In this document: positions 12,253 through 23,741 of the stretch, piece after piece
Numbering within the stretch: the stretch's first letter is position 1
Layout of the letters: every line of letters starts with the position of its first letter
Assembly: GCA_002269645.1 (NCBI GenBank)
Contig: NIVC01001954.1
Location: 62,001-126,000, forward strand
Reading direction: 5' to 3'
DNA length: 64,000 bases
Source of the DNA: Macrostomum lignano
Taxonomy: Eukaryota
The notes under the pieces: generated by a model
What the model saw: only the letters and a program-made list of their open reading frames with translations
Databases searched by the model: none
What the model was told of the DNA's origin: nothing
Position numbers and translations under genes: made by a program

Positions 12253-13194
12253 TTCAGACTACTCAGTCTCAGAGGCAGCTGTGAGCAGCGCCAAGAGTTT
12301 CTGAATTGTTTTAACCTCCTCAGCAGGGAGTTGGTTGACTTTAAAAGTCATCTGCAGCCCTCAACTTAGAAGGCAGCTGAGAGCTTTTCTTGTCTGTTTT
12401 CGCCCTACTGCTGGTGTCTCCCTCAGAGGCCAATTATCGATCCTTGGTGTCTTTCTCTAGAAGTCTTGCTTGCCATGTCTCGCTTATTGTTTGTTGCCGG
12501 TCCCCCTTCTGATCAGCCTTCTGTAAGCTGGAAAGCTAGACCTGCGTCTGCCCGTGTTACAGGAACTCACCTTCACGTGGTCCAGTGTTGTTGAAGCACA
12601 ATTTTACCAGTTTTTTTGCCTGCTCTATGTGTTGTTTTTATATTTTACTGGCGTCTGTATACTTTCAGTAGTGTGCTATGAGAGGACATTTTTTAGTCAG
12701 CTCATTGCCTTCATAGAATCAGTATGAGATAGTTTAAAAAAACCTCAGAAGTAACTCCTTTTGATTATCTGCACAGGGGATCACAGCTCTGTCAGAATTT
12801 GGGATCATATTCCCGTATATTGTAATAAATGTGTATTAATGTTTATTATTTCAATAATGTTTTTCAAAAATCGAATCTTGATACAAGAATATTGTTCTGA
12901 ATTTTTTAACTGTAAAACGGGAAAAAAGGCTTGAAAAACTAAACTAGAAAAAGAGTTTACTAGATTGAGTAAAAACTCAAAAATATTTTCGATTTCAGAA
13001 CTTCGGAACTTCCAGTATCCCTCCATCAACTTTGCATGATGTTATCTTAGTAAAAATATCGCGTACGAGCGTCAAGATGTGAGAAATTTGCGCACAACAT
13101 TCACTACCAATGATTCATTCAATGACAGACAATACATATCTAAAACGCTTCTTCATAAGAAACAGCTTTTGTGTTATTTTTTTGCTCGGAAACG

Positions 13195-16027
13195 TTAGAC
13201 GCCCATTTGATAAGCAAGCCTGCCAAAGTAATAAGCAATCAGCACTGCCAGAACCAGAAACACAACAGGGACCAAATAGAATGTCGCCTTCTCTTTTGAA
13301 TTCTCGTAGTTTTGAATGTTAATGGCCACGACTTGCTCCTCTGACAGCGGAGTGACAGCTGAAGCCTGCTTGGTAGCAGTCGATGCTATCGGGGTGGTGA
13401 TAGTAGGTGTGGTTGTAGTACTCGGCGCAGTTGTAGTGGTAGTCGGCGTAGTTGTTGTGGTAGTCGGCGTAGTTGTTGTGGTAGTCGGTGTAGTTGTTGT
13501 GGTAGTCGGTGTAGTTGTTGTGGTAGTCGGTGTAGTTGTTGTGGTAGTAGTTGTAGTAGTTGTAGTCGTTTCTACAGGTGTAGCAGTGCATACAAACTGG
13601 CCAGAACCCCCGCTGGTGTCCCTCTCTTCCAGGTACCTGATTCCACCTGTGCCAGAGTCTTTTTCAATGGTAATTCCGTATCTGGCATCGTCTGTTTTCT
13701 GCTTCAAGTATCCGTCCTTCAAAGTGAAACCTTCCGCAAGCAGTTTCGGCCCGTAGCTATCGTTGAACCTGTACGGCAGCTCCTCGAAAGCCATCAGGCA
13801 GGTGTCATGACAACCGGCCTTGAAGGTGTTGAAAACACTGGAAAAAAGATTTTTTCCAATTATTACTATCCATAAAGGGAAATAGAATCAGAGAACTGTG
13901 AGTGCAGTAAAACGTACGCATGAAAGGCCACCCGAGCAGCGGTCTCAGTCAGATCAATCAGCGTCTCTCCGCTGGCCAGGCTGCACATGGTCGGCGCCTC
14001 CCAGTACTTCTTTTTGGAGTCGCCACGTCGAAAGCAAAACGAGCGGCCGTCGCTCGAGTTGGCGCAGGTGTAGCCAGAAGCCGGTGCTGGGCAGCAGGTC
14101 AGGTTGGATATCGGACACACGCACATGCAGATGGCGTAGCCGCTGTTATCTACTTTTATCGAGTTCCAATGAGTCACGTTGACTGTGGTGTCCGTGATCA
14201 CACCCACTGTTGGGTCTTCCTCTGTGCTGGTGAAGACTTCGCTAGACGGGCTCACGTCGGTGCTGGAGACGTACAGCTGACTGGTCTGGCTGCGCCACGC
14301 GAACACCCTGTCTGCCGGGCTGGTGCGGGCGGCCCTGTGGACGCCAGTCCAGTACGTCGTCTCACTGACGCCACTGGAAAGTCAGGTAAGGATGTAGCTC
14401 GTACGAGCTCTTTTTACGATCGTCGTTTCTCGTAGGGACGAATCGTCAACGGAAAACTCACGATAATTATTGATTTTCTATTTCCAACTATGAGCTTTCT
14501 GGCTGCCCGTCATCCGTCATCATAGGCATTCCAGTTTAGCATTCCAGTGAATTATGAGACGGACTAGGCCTACAAGCTACGTTCCGCAATGCTTCACGCC
14601 AGTCCCTCTATTCTGCAGGTTAAGGCTGGTTGGGGGTCGTCTAGTCAGTGCTACAGATTCAGTAGGGCTCACCTAGTCAGAGCTGCTATGTCAGCAGTGA
14701 ACAGATTCAGTAGGGCTCACCTAGTCAGAGCTGCTATGTCAGCAGTGAACAGATTCAGTAGGGCTCACCTAGTCAGAGCTGCTATGTCAGCAGTGAACAG
14801 ATTCAGTAGGGCTCACCTAGTCAGAGCTGCTATGTTAGCAGTGAACAGATTCAGTAGGGCTCACCTAGTCAGAGCTGCTATGTTAGCAGTGAACAGATTC
14901 AGTAGGGCTCACCTAGTCAGAGCTGATATGTCAGCAGTGAACAGATTCAGTAGGGCTCACCTAGTCAGAGCTGCTATGTTAGCAGTGAACAGATTCAGTA
15001 GGGCTCACCTAGTCAGAGCTGCTATGTTAGCAGTGAACAGATTCAGTAGGGCTCACCTAGTCAGAGCTGCTATGTTAGCAGTGAACAGATTCAGTAGGGC
15101 TCACCTAGTCAGAGCTGCTATGTTAGCAGTGAACAGATTCAGTAGGGCTCACCTAGTCAGAGCTGCTATGTTAGCAGTGAACAGATTCAGTAGGGCTCAC
15201 CTAGTCAGAGCTGCTATGTTAGCAGTGAACAGATTCAGTAGGGCTCACCTAGTCAGAGCTGATATGTCAGCAGTGAACAGATTCAGTGAGGCTCACCTAG
15301 TCAGAGCTGATATGTCAGCAGTGAACAGATTCAGTGAGGCTCACCTAGTCAGAGCTGATATGTCAGCAGTGAACAGATTCAGTGAGGCTCACCTAGTCAG
15401 AGCTGATATGTCAGCAGTGAACAGATTCAGTAGGGCTCACCTAGTCAGAGCTGCTATGTCAGCAGTGAACAGATTCAGTAGGGCTCACCTAGTCAGAGCT
15501 GCTATGTTAGCAGTGAACAGATTCAGTAGGGCTCACCTAGTCAGAGCTGATATGTCAGCAGTGAACAGATTCAGTAGGGCTCACCTAGTCAGAGCTGATA
15601 TGTTAGCAGTGAACAGATTCAGTAGGGCTCACCTAGTCAGAGCTGCTATGTCAGCAGTGAACAGATTCAGTAGGGCTCACCTAGTCAGAGCTGCTATGTT
15701 AGCAGTGAACAGATTCAGTAGGGCTCACCTAGTCAGAGCTGCTATGTTAGCAGTGAACAGATTCAGTAGGGCTCACCTAGTCAGTGCTGCTATGTTAGCA
15801 GTGAACAGTTCAAACGATATCTTGTCGAGCTTCTGCATCCCGAACCTGGCGCAATAGCTACTCAAGTAGTCACCGTTTCCAAGAATGCTGATGTTGTAGC
15901 ATCGGTCCGCCTTGCACAGCACCGCGGAGTTGAGAACCTGCCCGTCTGTCAGCCTGCCTGCCGACAGAATGATGGCGCACACAGTCCACAGGGCTGCCAG
16001 CTCAGTAAGCTGGCTTCGTTGGAGCAT
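13195..16027 (-). CDS. Type-I membrane protein with tandem C-type-lectin-like domains and mucin stalk, copy 3 (exons 16027-15777, 14373-13918, 13837-13195)
   Basis: Exon 1 (251 nt) and exon 2 (456 nt) have the same lengths as in copy 2. Contains YWTGV, a (PTTTTTT)n stalk and TM TFYLVPVVFLVLAVLIAYYFG. Confidence 0.85.
14650..15808. repeat. 48-bp minisatellite (~24 copies) made of the exon-1/intron-1 junction of lectin copy 3
   Basis: Minus-strand unit TTCACTGCTAACATAGCAGCTCTGACTAG|GTGAGCCCTACTGAATCTG. The last unit overlaps the true exon end at 15777. Confidence 0.95.
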
Positions 16028-16984
16028 TTCAGACTGAGTTTGAGCTAGAGGGCAAAAGTTATATGAATACAAGGCTTGGCTTCTTGACTTCTGGCCTGTC
16101 AGTTTTCCACGAGCTATATACGTATTGTTTTTTTGGCTCTTGAGCACAATTCAGCTTTGAGAGAGCAAAACTCAAGCTGGCTCTCTGCTAGGCTATCTTT
16201 CATATAGCCTCTTCAACCCTAACAATTTCTCTGAGAATTTCTTGGTAGGGATGGAAGACACCTCAGCCCCCAGCTTCTCAGGCACGACATGCTTCCATCA
16301 ACCCACAACCCCAGTGCCGCACTAGTTGTTGACTTCCACCCGGTGGTTGCCGTAGCATCTGTAATGCCAGAACCGTAGCCGATCTCTTTCAATAGTTCTG
16401 ACTGGGTCACCCGCAGCCTCTCGCCTGCTTGGTTGAGTTGGCACTGCACTGGGGTAGCTTGGCTTAGGCAGTTGTGAGACTAAAGACGCGAGGGGTTTTT
16501 CTTCCCTGTTAAAGTGCAAATGTTCGCGTCGTTACTCATTTCAACCTTCTCCTTATACCTGACTTGAAAATGAAATTTGAAGATGAGGCAAATTTTTAAA
16601 GCCAATTATAAGCTACCAGAAAATTAGCAGGTCCGAGGCAAAGCGTCCAGAAAACGGTAAGCTTTCTAGATTTTACACACTGAAGCGCATGATTATTATG
16701 ACTGGCTGGTTGGTTAAAAACTATCTCTGTCCGTCTGCTGTTACATATTCTTGTAAATTTGCCAACACCAGACATAAAATATAAGGAGTCGTTTTAAGCA
16801 TGATCTACTACTGACAGTAGAGGGTTAGAAATTGTATTTTCAAACTACGAGTAGATCAAACGTTTTTTGTAACGATTTGACAAGGCAGAGCTAACAATTG
16901 GTAAGGTGACAGGTGGTAGTCAAAATAATTTAGATGCAGTTATAGTTCCCAATTAGCACTACAATGTTGGAGCCAGGACGCCGT

Positions 16985-19900
16985 TCACTCCCCAGGCAGG
17001 TGACGCCATACAAACCGGATGCTGGAACTTCGCATTGGTTCGCGTCGGTCGTGCAAGAACAGCCAGTCGAGTGGCAGCACAAAGTCTTCGGCTTCGTTCA
17101 GGCTCTGCGAGATTTTTGGTTTGATGATCGAGCGATGCAGGATACAGGTGCAGGAGTGATGATGGTGCAGGAGTGATGATGGTGCAGGAGTGATGATGGT
17201 GCAGGAGTGATGATGGTGCAGTAGTGATGATGGTGCAGGAGTGATGATGGTGAAGGAGTGATGATGGTGCAGTAGTGATGATGGTGCAGGAGTGATGATG
17301 GTGCAGGAGTGATGATGGTGCAGGAGTGATGATGGTGCAGTAGTGATGATGGTACAGGAGTGATGATGGTGAAGGAGTGATGATGGTACAGGAGTGATGA
17401 TGGTGAAGGAGTGATGATGGTGGAGGAGTGATGATGATGCAGGAGTGATGATGGTGCAGGAGTGATGATGGTGCAGGAGTGATGATGGTGCAGGAGTGAT
17501 GATGGTGCAGGAGTGATGATGGTACAGGAGTGATGATGGTGAAGGAGTGATGATGGTGCAGGAGTGATGATCGTGCAGTAGTGATGATGGTGCAGGAGTG
17601 ATGATGGTGCAGGAGTGATGATGGTGCAGGAGTGATGATGGTGCAGGAGTGATGATGGTGCAGGAGTGATGATGGTGCAGGAGTGATGATGGTGCAGGAG
17701 TGATGATGGTGCAGTAGTGATGATGGTGCAGGAGTGATGATGGTGCAGGAGTGATGATGGTGCAGGAGTGATGATGGTGCAGTAGTGATGATGGTGCAGG
17801 AGTGATGATGGTGCAGGAGTGATGATGGTGCAGGAGTGATGATGCTGCAGGAGTGATGATGCTGCAGGAGTGATGATGCTGCAGGAGTGATGATGATGCA
17901 GGAGTGATGATGGTGCAGGAGTGATGATGGTGCAGGAGTGATGATGGTGCAGGAGTGATGATGGTGCAGGAGTGATGATGGTGCAGGAGTGATGATGATG
18001 CAGGAGTGATGATGCTGCAGGACTTGCAAGTTCTCACCTGCAGTAGGCTCCACATGTCCTGCCGGCTGCAGATAACGCCAAGACCGTCTTCCACGATGGC
18101 CGCCAAGCAGCCCTGTTGATCCGCTGCCCCCAGTCGAGTGGACAGTGCCATAAAGCCGAGGCCAGTGACTGCAGGCGCTACATTTTTTGGTGGGGAGACA
18201 TCACGAATAAATGTACTTTTCTTGCAATAACACCCACCCGGACAGCACTCACCCCCTGCAGACACCCTAGCCTCAGTCCTCTATCCGGACAGCACTCATC
18301 CCCTGCAGACACCCCAGCCTCAGTCCTCTATTCGGACAGCACTCACCCTCAGCATCAACCCCAGCCTCTGTCCTCCATCCGGACAGCACTCACCCCCAAC
18401 AGACACCCCAGCCGTGGCCGGCAGTCCCCCAGCCGGCCAGATCTGCGGTCGTCCTGCAGCGGAGAACAGGACGGTTTCAAATTCGCCTCCAGGCGACTCC
18501 CTGGCAACCAGGTGCGCATCGGCTGACTGGCAGAGCTCGCCAGCCAGCGCCAGCACTCCATCGGTGTCCGGAGCGTACACGCTGAGCAGGCTGGCCAGGT
18601 CGGCCTGGCGCCGGCCAGAGATCGACACCACGACGATGCCGTTGCTCTCCAGCGTCAGGTTGCAGTCGCGCAGCCGCGGCACCAGGCCTTCGCTCAGGTG
18701 CGGGACGGCCTCCTGAAGGTTCGCGCAGAACCAGCGCTAATAGGAGAGTCTAGCGCTAATAAGATGGAGTCTAGCGCTAATAGGGAAGTCTAGGCTAATA
18801 GGGAAGTCTAGCGCTAATAGGGAAGTCTAGCGCTAATAGGGAAGTCTAGCGCTAATAGGGAAGTCTAGCGCTAATAGGGAAGTCTAGCGCTAATAGGGAA
18901 GTCTAGCGCTAATAAGATGGAGTCTAGCGCCAATAGGGGAGTCTAGCGCCAATAGGGGAGTCTAGCGCCAATAGGGGAGTCTAGCGCCAATAGGGGAGTC
19001 TAGCGCCAATAGGGGAGTCTAGCGCCAATAGGGGAGTCTAGCGCCAATAGGGGAGTCTAGCGCCAATAGGGGAGTCTAGCGCCAATAGGGGAGTCTAGCG
19101 CATTTTCAAGTGCAGAAAGGGGAGACATTGTGCAGATGGGGATATGCGAGTTTAGCTGTCTAAGACTAGCGAATCTCCTTACCCTGAACATGGACATGAC
19201 CGATCGGGCCGGTTCGTAGAACACTGGCGGCCGGTAGCGGTTGCTGATGAGGCCGCACGGATACACGCCGTCCTCGGCGCCCAGCCTCAGCAGCAGCCGT
19301 GTTGGCGAGTGCAGCAGGTAGGGCAGCTCCCGCCTGTGCACCAGCCGGCAGGCCAGCAGGCTGCCAAAGTCGGCCGGGTGTACGAGGCCGTGAAAGCACT
19401 GGCCGCTCTCCAAGAAGTACAGCACCCCGCCGGTGTACTGGCTGCCGAGGAATCCGCGCTCGCTGGCCTGGAATACCGTGTGGTCCATGTCGCCCACCGT
19501 GCTGCCCTCCTTGGCCTTCTTGAGGACGCCAGCGAATAGAGCGACCGGATCGGCTGGGGCGGCGTTGTCGATGGCGATGTGCTCAAGGAGGAGCAGCAGG
19601 TCCGTCTGGCCCAGCCGGCTGAGGCCGTGGGTGCGGTAGGACCAGACCGTCTTCTGGCCGCAGCAGACCACTGGGATTTTGAGAGGGCGGCACGTATCAT
19701 GAGGCCTGGGGACAGTGGGGCGCTAATAATGGTGAGGCGCCAATTGGTAGAATGAGGCGCCAATTGGTAGAATGAGGCACCAATTGGTAGAATGAGGCGC
19801 CAATTGGTATAATAAGGCGTAAGTTGGTAGAATAGGTGCAGGTTGGTAGAATAGGTGCAGGTTGGTAGAATAGGTGCAGGTTGGTAGAATAGGTGCAGGT

Positions 19901-20396
19901 TGATAGAATAGGCGCAGGTTGGTAGAATGAGGCGCTTCTGAGTAGAATGAGGCGCCAGTTGATATCAATAGAATGAGGCGCCTCTGAGTAGAATGAGGCG
20001 CCAGTTGATATCAATAGAATGAGGCGCCAGTTGATATCAATAGAATGAGGCGCCAGTTGATATCAATAGAATGAGGCGCCAGTTGATATCAATAGAATGA
20101 GGCGCCAAAGGGTAGAATGGTAGAATCAGGCGCTAAAAAGGGAGAGCTGAGCGCCAATGGGAGAATCGGCGCTCACGCGTGACCAGGCTGACTCGCACGA
20201 CGATTCGTTGCGGCGCCTCCTGCAGCACAAAGTCGACATCGGCGACTTCGGCCTCCTCGCCGCGCTGTCTGGTGAGCGGCCGGGCCAGGCGCTCCTCGGT
20301 CGAGTGCTGCTGCGACTGCTCAATGTCCCGCTGACGGACTAAGCGACGACTCTTGCCGACCAGCCTGTGCGATCCAGTGGCAGGCGTTCTGCTCAT
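16985..20396 (-). CDS. SARA/endofin (ZFYVE9/ZFYVE16)-like protein, C-terminal (DUF3480-type) region only; exons 20396-20177, 19670-19183, 18712-18394, 18168-18038, 17104-16985
   Basis: Blocks match recalled SARA C-terminal motifs: VWSYRTHGLSRLGQTDLLLLLE ~ CWCFTTKGMHAVGQSEIVILLQ; RLLLRLGAEDGVYPCGLISNRYRPPVF ~ [44 protein letters not shown] ~ VLAGGACFNEKADSHLV; AAIVEDGLGV ~ SSIVEDGVMV; SLNEAEDFVL ~ ALREMKDFTI. Junction phases are consistent. The start codon and the end of exon 3 are less certain. Confidence 0.8.
17140..18017. repeat. 17-bp minisatellite GCAGGAGTGATGATGGT (SARA-like intron 4)
   Basis: Direct inspection. Source of the HHHHSCTIITPAP pseudo-ORFs. Confidence 0.97.
18236..18400. repeat. 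~46-47-bp degenerate repeat x4 containing splice-donor-like GTGAGT (SARA-like intron 3)
   Basis: CCGGACAGCACTCA(C/T)CC recurs at ~18239, 18286, 18332 and 18379. Confidence 0.8.
18735..19100. repeat. 19-bp minisatellite GTCTAGCGC(T/C)AATAGGG(A/G)A (SARA-like intron 2)
   Basis: Direct inspection. Confidence 0.95.
19730..20110. repeat. 20-23-bp minisatellite GAGGCGCC..TAGAAT (SARA-like intron 1)
   Basis: Direct inspection. Confidence 0.9.
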
Positions 20397-20443
20397 CTCC
20401 TCTCCGGAACGGTGCGCCGAGGTGGGTCGAATTTTCGAACTGT

Positions 20444-20543
<100 letters not shown>

Positions 20544-21077
20544 CCACCCGTGCTTATCTGTGTTTCTCTCTCTGTCTGTCTCTGTATCACTAAGCTGATA
20601 GCGTGTCGCGAAATTAAATTGCGGATTAAAACTGGGCATCGGGTGATCCGGTCCGCCCGCCAGTGCTCTTCGATAATCAACGGGAGGCGGTTGGAAGTGT
20701 GCCGAGAGCCTCGGGGAACGGCTTTGGCGAAGCTCTCCTCCCACACACACACGCACACACACACCCATCCAGCGAATTCCGCAATAAGGCAGAGTTCAAC
20801 AGTGGGTGAAAGAACTGCGTTCGGTGCGTTCATTTCGCTGACTGGCCTGTCCTGTCCTGCCCCATATGCACACCGGATTTCCGTGGTCAGTATTTTATCC
20901 CCGATCCCCCTCTCACATGGCTACTGGCAGCGTGACGAAGCGATGGGGATGAAAATGGGGAGGAAAATGAAATCCAGGGTTCGGGGATCCGATGCGGTGC
21001 GGTAGCTGCGGGGTGCGAAATGAAACCGTAGCTTTTTGGTTTCTGCTTTTTTGGTAACTGTTTCTGGCGAGTCACTT

Positions 21078-22838
21078 GGGTGCTAGAGTGATCAGTTGGG
21101 TGCTGGAGTGATCAGTTGGGTGCTAGAGTGATCAGTTGGGTGCTGGAGTGATCCTCTGGGTGCTGGAGTGATCCTCTGGGTGCTGGAGTGATCAGTTGGG
21201 TGCTGGAGTGATCATCTGGGTGCTAGAGTGATCAGTTGGGTGCTAGAGTGATCATCTAGGTGCTAGAGTGATCAGTTGGGTGCTAGAGTGATCAGTTGAC
21301 TGCTAGAGTGATCCTCTGGGTGCTGGAGTGATCAGTTGGGTGCTGGAGTGATCAGTTGGGTGTTAGAGTGATCAGTTGACTGCTAGAGTGATCAGTTGGG
21401 TGCTAGAGTGATCAGTTGACTGCTAGAGTGATCAGTTGGGTGCTGGAGTGATCAATTGGGTGCTAGAGTGATCAGTTGGGTGCTAGAGTGATCAGTTGAC
21501 TGCTAGAGTGATCAGTTGAGTGCTAGAGTGATCATCTGGGTGCTAGAGTGATCAGTTGGGTGCTAGAGTGATCAGTTGACTGCTAGAGTGATCATCTGGG
21601 TGCTAGAGTGATCAGTTGGGTGCTAGAGCAATCAGTTGGGTGCTAGAGTGATCAGTTGGGTGCTGGAGTGATCATCTGGGTGCTAGAGTGATCAGTTGAC
21701 TGCTAGAGTGATCATCTGGGTGCTAGAGTGATCAGTTGGGTGCTAGAGCAATCAGTTGGGTGCTAGAGTGATCCTCTGGGTGCTGGAGTGATCCTCTGGG
21801 TGCTGGAGTGATCAGTTGGGTGCTAGAGTGATCATCTGGGTGCTAGAGTGATCAGTTGGGTGCTAGAGCAATCAGTTGGGTGCTAGAGTGATCAGTTGGG
21901 TGCTAGAGTGATCAGTTGGATGCTAGAGTGATCAACTGGTTGCTAGAGTGATCAGTTGGGTGCTAGAGTGATCAGTTGGGTGCTGGAGTGATCAGTTGAG
22001 TGCTAGAGTGATCAGTTGACTACTAGAGTGATCAGTTGACTGCTAGAGTGATCAGTTGGGTGCTAGAGTGATCAGTTGACTGCTAGAGTGATCAGTTGGG
22101 TGCTAGAGTGATCAGTTGGGTGCTAGAGTGATCAGTTGAGTGCTAGAGTGATCAGTTGGATGCTAGAGTGATCAGTTGAGTGCTAGAGTGATCAGTTGGG
22201 TGCTAGAGTGATCAGTTGAGTGCTAGAGTGATCAGTTGAGTGCTAGAGTGATCAGTTGGGTGCTAGAGCAATCAGTTGGGTGCTAGAGTGATCAGTTGGG
22301 TGCTGGAGTGATCCTCTGGGTGCTGGAGTGATCAGTTGGGTGCTGGAGTGATCCTCTGGGTGCTAGAGTGATCAGTTGGGTGCTGGAGTGATCAGTTGGG
22401 TGCTAGAGTGATCAGTTGACTGCTAGAGTGATCAGTTGAGTGCTAGAGTGATCAGTTGGGTGCTAGAGTGATCAGTTGGATGCTAGAGTGATCAGTTGGG
22501 TGCTAGAGTGATCAGTTGGGTTCTGGAGTGATCAGTTGGGTGCTGGAGTGATCATCTGGGTGCTAGAGTGATCAGTTGGGTGCTAGAGTGATCAGTTGGG
22601 TGCTAGAGTGATCAGTTGGGTGCTAGAGTGATCAGTTGGGTGCTAGAGTGATCAGTTGGGTGCTAGAGTGATCAGTTGGGTGCTGGAGTGATCAGTTGGG
22701 TGCTAGAGTGATCAGTTGACTGCTAGAGTGATCAGTTGAGTGCTAGAGTGATCAGTTGGGTGCTAGAGTGATCAGTTGGATGCTAGAGTGATCAGTTGGG
22801 TGCTAGAGTGATCAGTTGGGTGCTGGAGTGATCAGTTA
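21078..22838. repeat. 20-bp satellite TGCTAGAGTGATCAGTTGGG, ~88 copies, intergenic
   Basis: Direct inspection. Confidence 0.98.
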
Positions 22839-23435
22839 GACGCTCCGAACCAGTCTGTCAGGTAAGCACAACACGAATAAATAAACGAACTTTAAGTCTG
22901 TCACAGAGTTACTCATAGTAAGCGAGCAAATAAATTTTATCGAATGTAAATTTGCGTTAGTTTTATTGAATATCGCATAAAGTTAGTCGCAAATATAATA
23001 ATAATTCAGTTGGAGAATCAAGATCAGCCTATGATTACAAATTCAATAAGGAAAAAGATAATTAAGGTGTTGTTCAGTATTGTTAATTTGCACTAATTGA
23101 AGATCAAAATTCGCAGAAGTGATTAGTGATTTGTTTAAAAGTTTAGTTTTACTTTTAGGCTGATGGAGCGCGTTCCTAATACAACAGATTGTTAATTAAG
23201 TATCAATCAAATTGACGTCAATGTGGCTTCGCGTTGTTGGAGAACCGGTGGCGTTTGTCGTAAAATAAAGTTATCGTGTATTTTAGCAAAAATGTGCAGT
23301 TTACTGTTGCAGTTGAATGATTGCACTGCTGCTGGCTGTGAAATATTGGTGTGGAGCTGAGGCTGTGAGCAGCTGGAGAGAGGGGACTGGGGAGACAAGT
23401 GGGCGAGGGAAGATAGCAAAGCGAAGTGAAGAGAG

Positions 23436-23675
23436 GAAATGGAGGAGAGGAGAGGAGAAGAGAGGAGAGGAGAGGAGAGGAGAGGAGAGGAGAGGAGAAG
23501 AGAGGAGAGGAGAGGAGAGGAGAGGAGAGGAGAGGAGAAGAGAGGAGAGGAAATGGAGAGGAGAGGAGAGGAGAGGAGAGGAGAGGAGAGGAGAGGAGAG
23601 GAGAGGAGAGGAGAGGAGAGGAGAGCAGAGGAGAGCAGAGCAGAGGAGAGGAGAGGAGAGGAGAGGAGAGGAGAG
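23436..23675. repeat. (GGAGA)n pentanucleotide microsatellite
   Basis: Direct inspection. Confidence 0.97.
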
Positions 23676-23741
23676 GTGTCAGCAGCATAGTAAATTGTAT
23701 GCAGAGGTGGGGAGACGGCAGTGTCCGGTTATCTCCATCCT

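Noticed and set aside
14589-15857. 422-aa plus-strand ORF with a 16-aa repeat
   Set aside because: It is the antisense reading of the 48-bp junction array; no non-repetitive domain.
16959-18265. His-rich ORFs (HHHHSCTIITPAP) suggesting a metal-binding protein
   Set aside because: They come from a 17-bp intronic array; only the flanking segments are real SARA-like exons.
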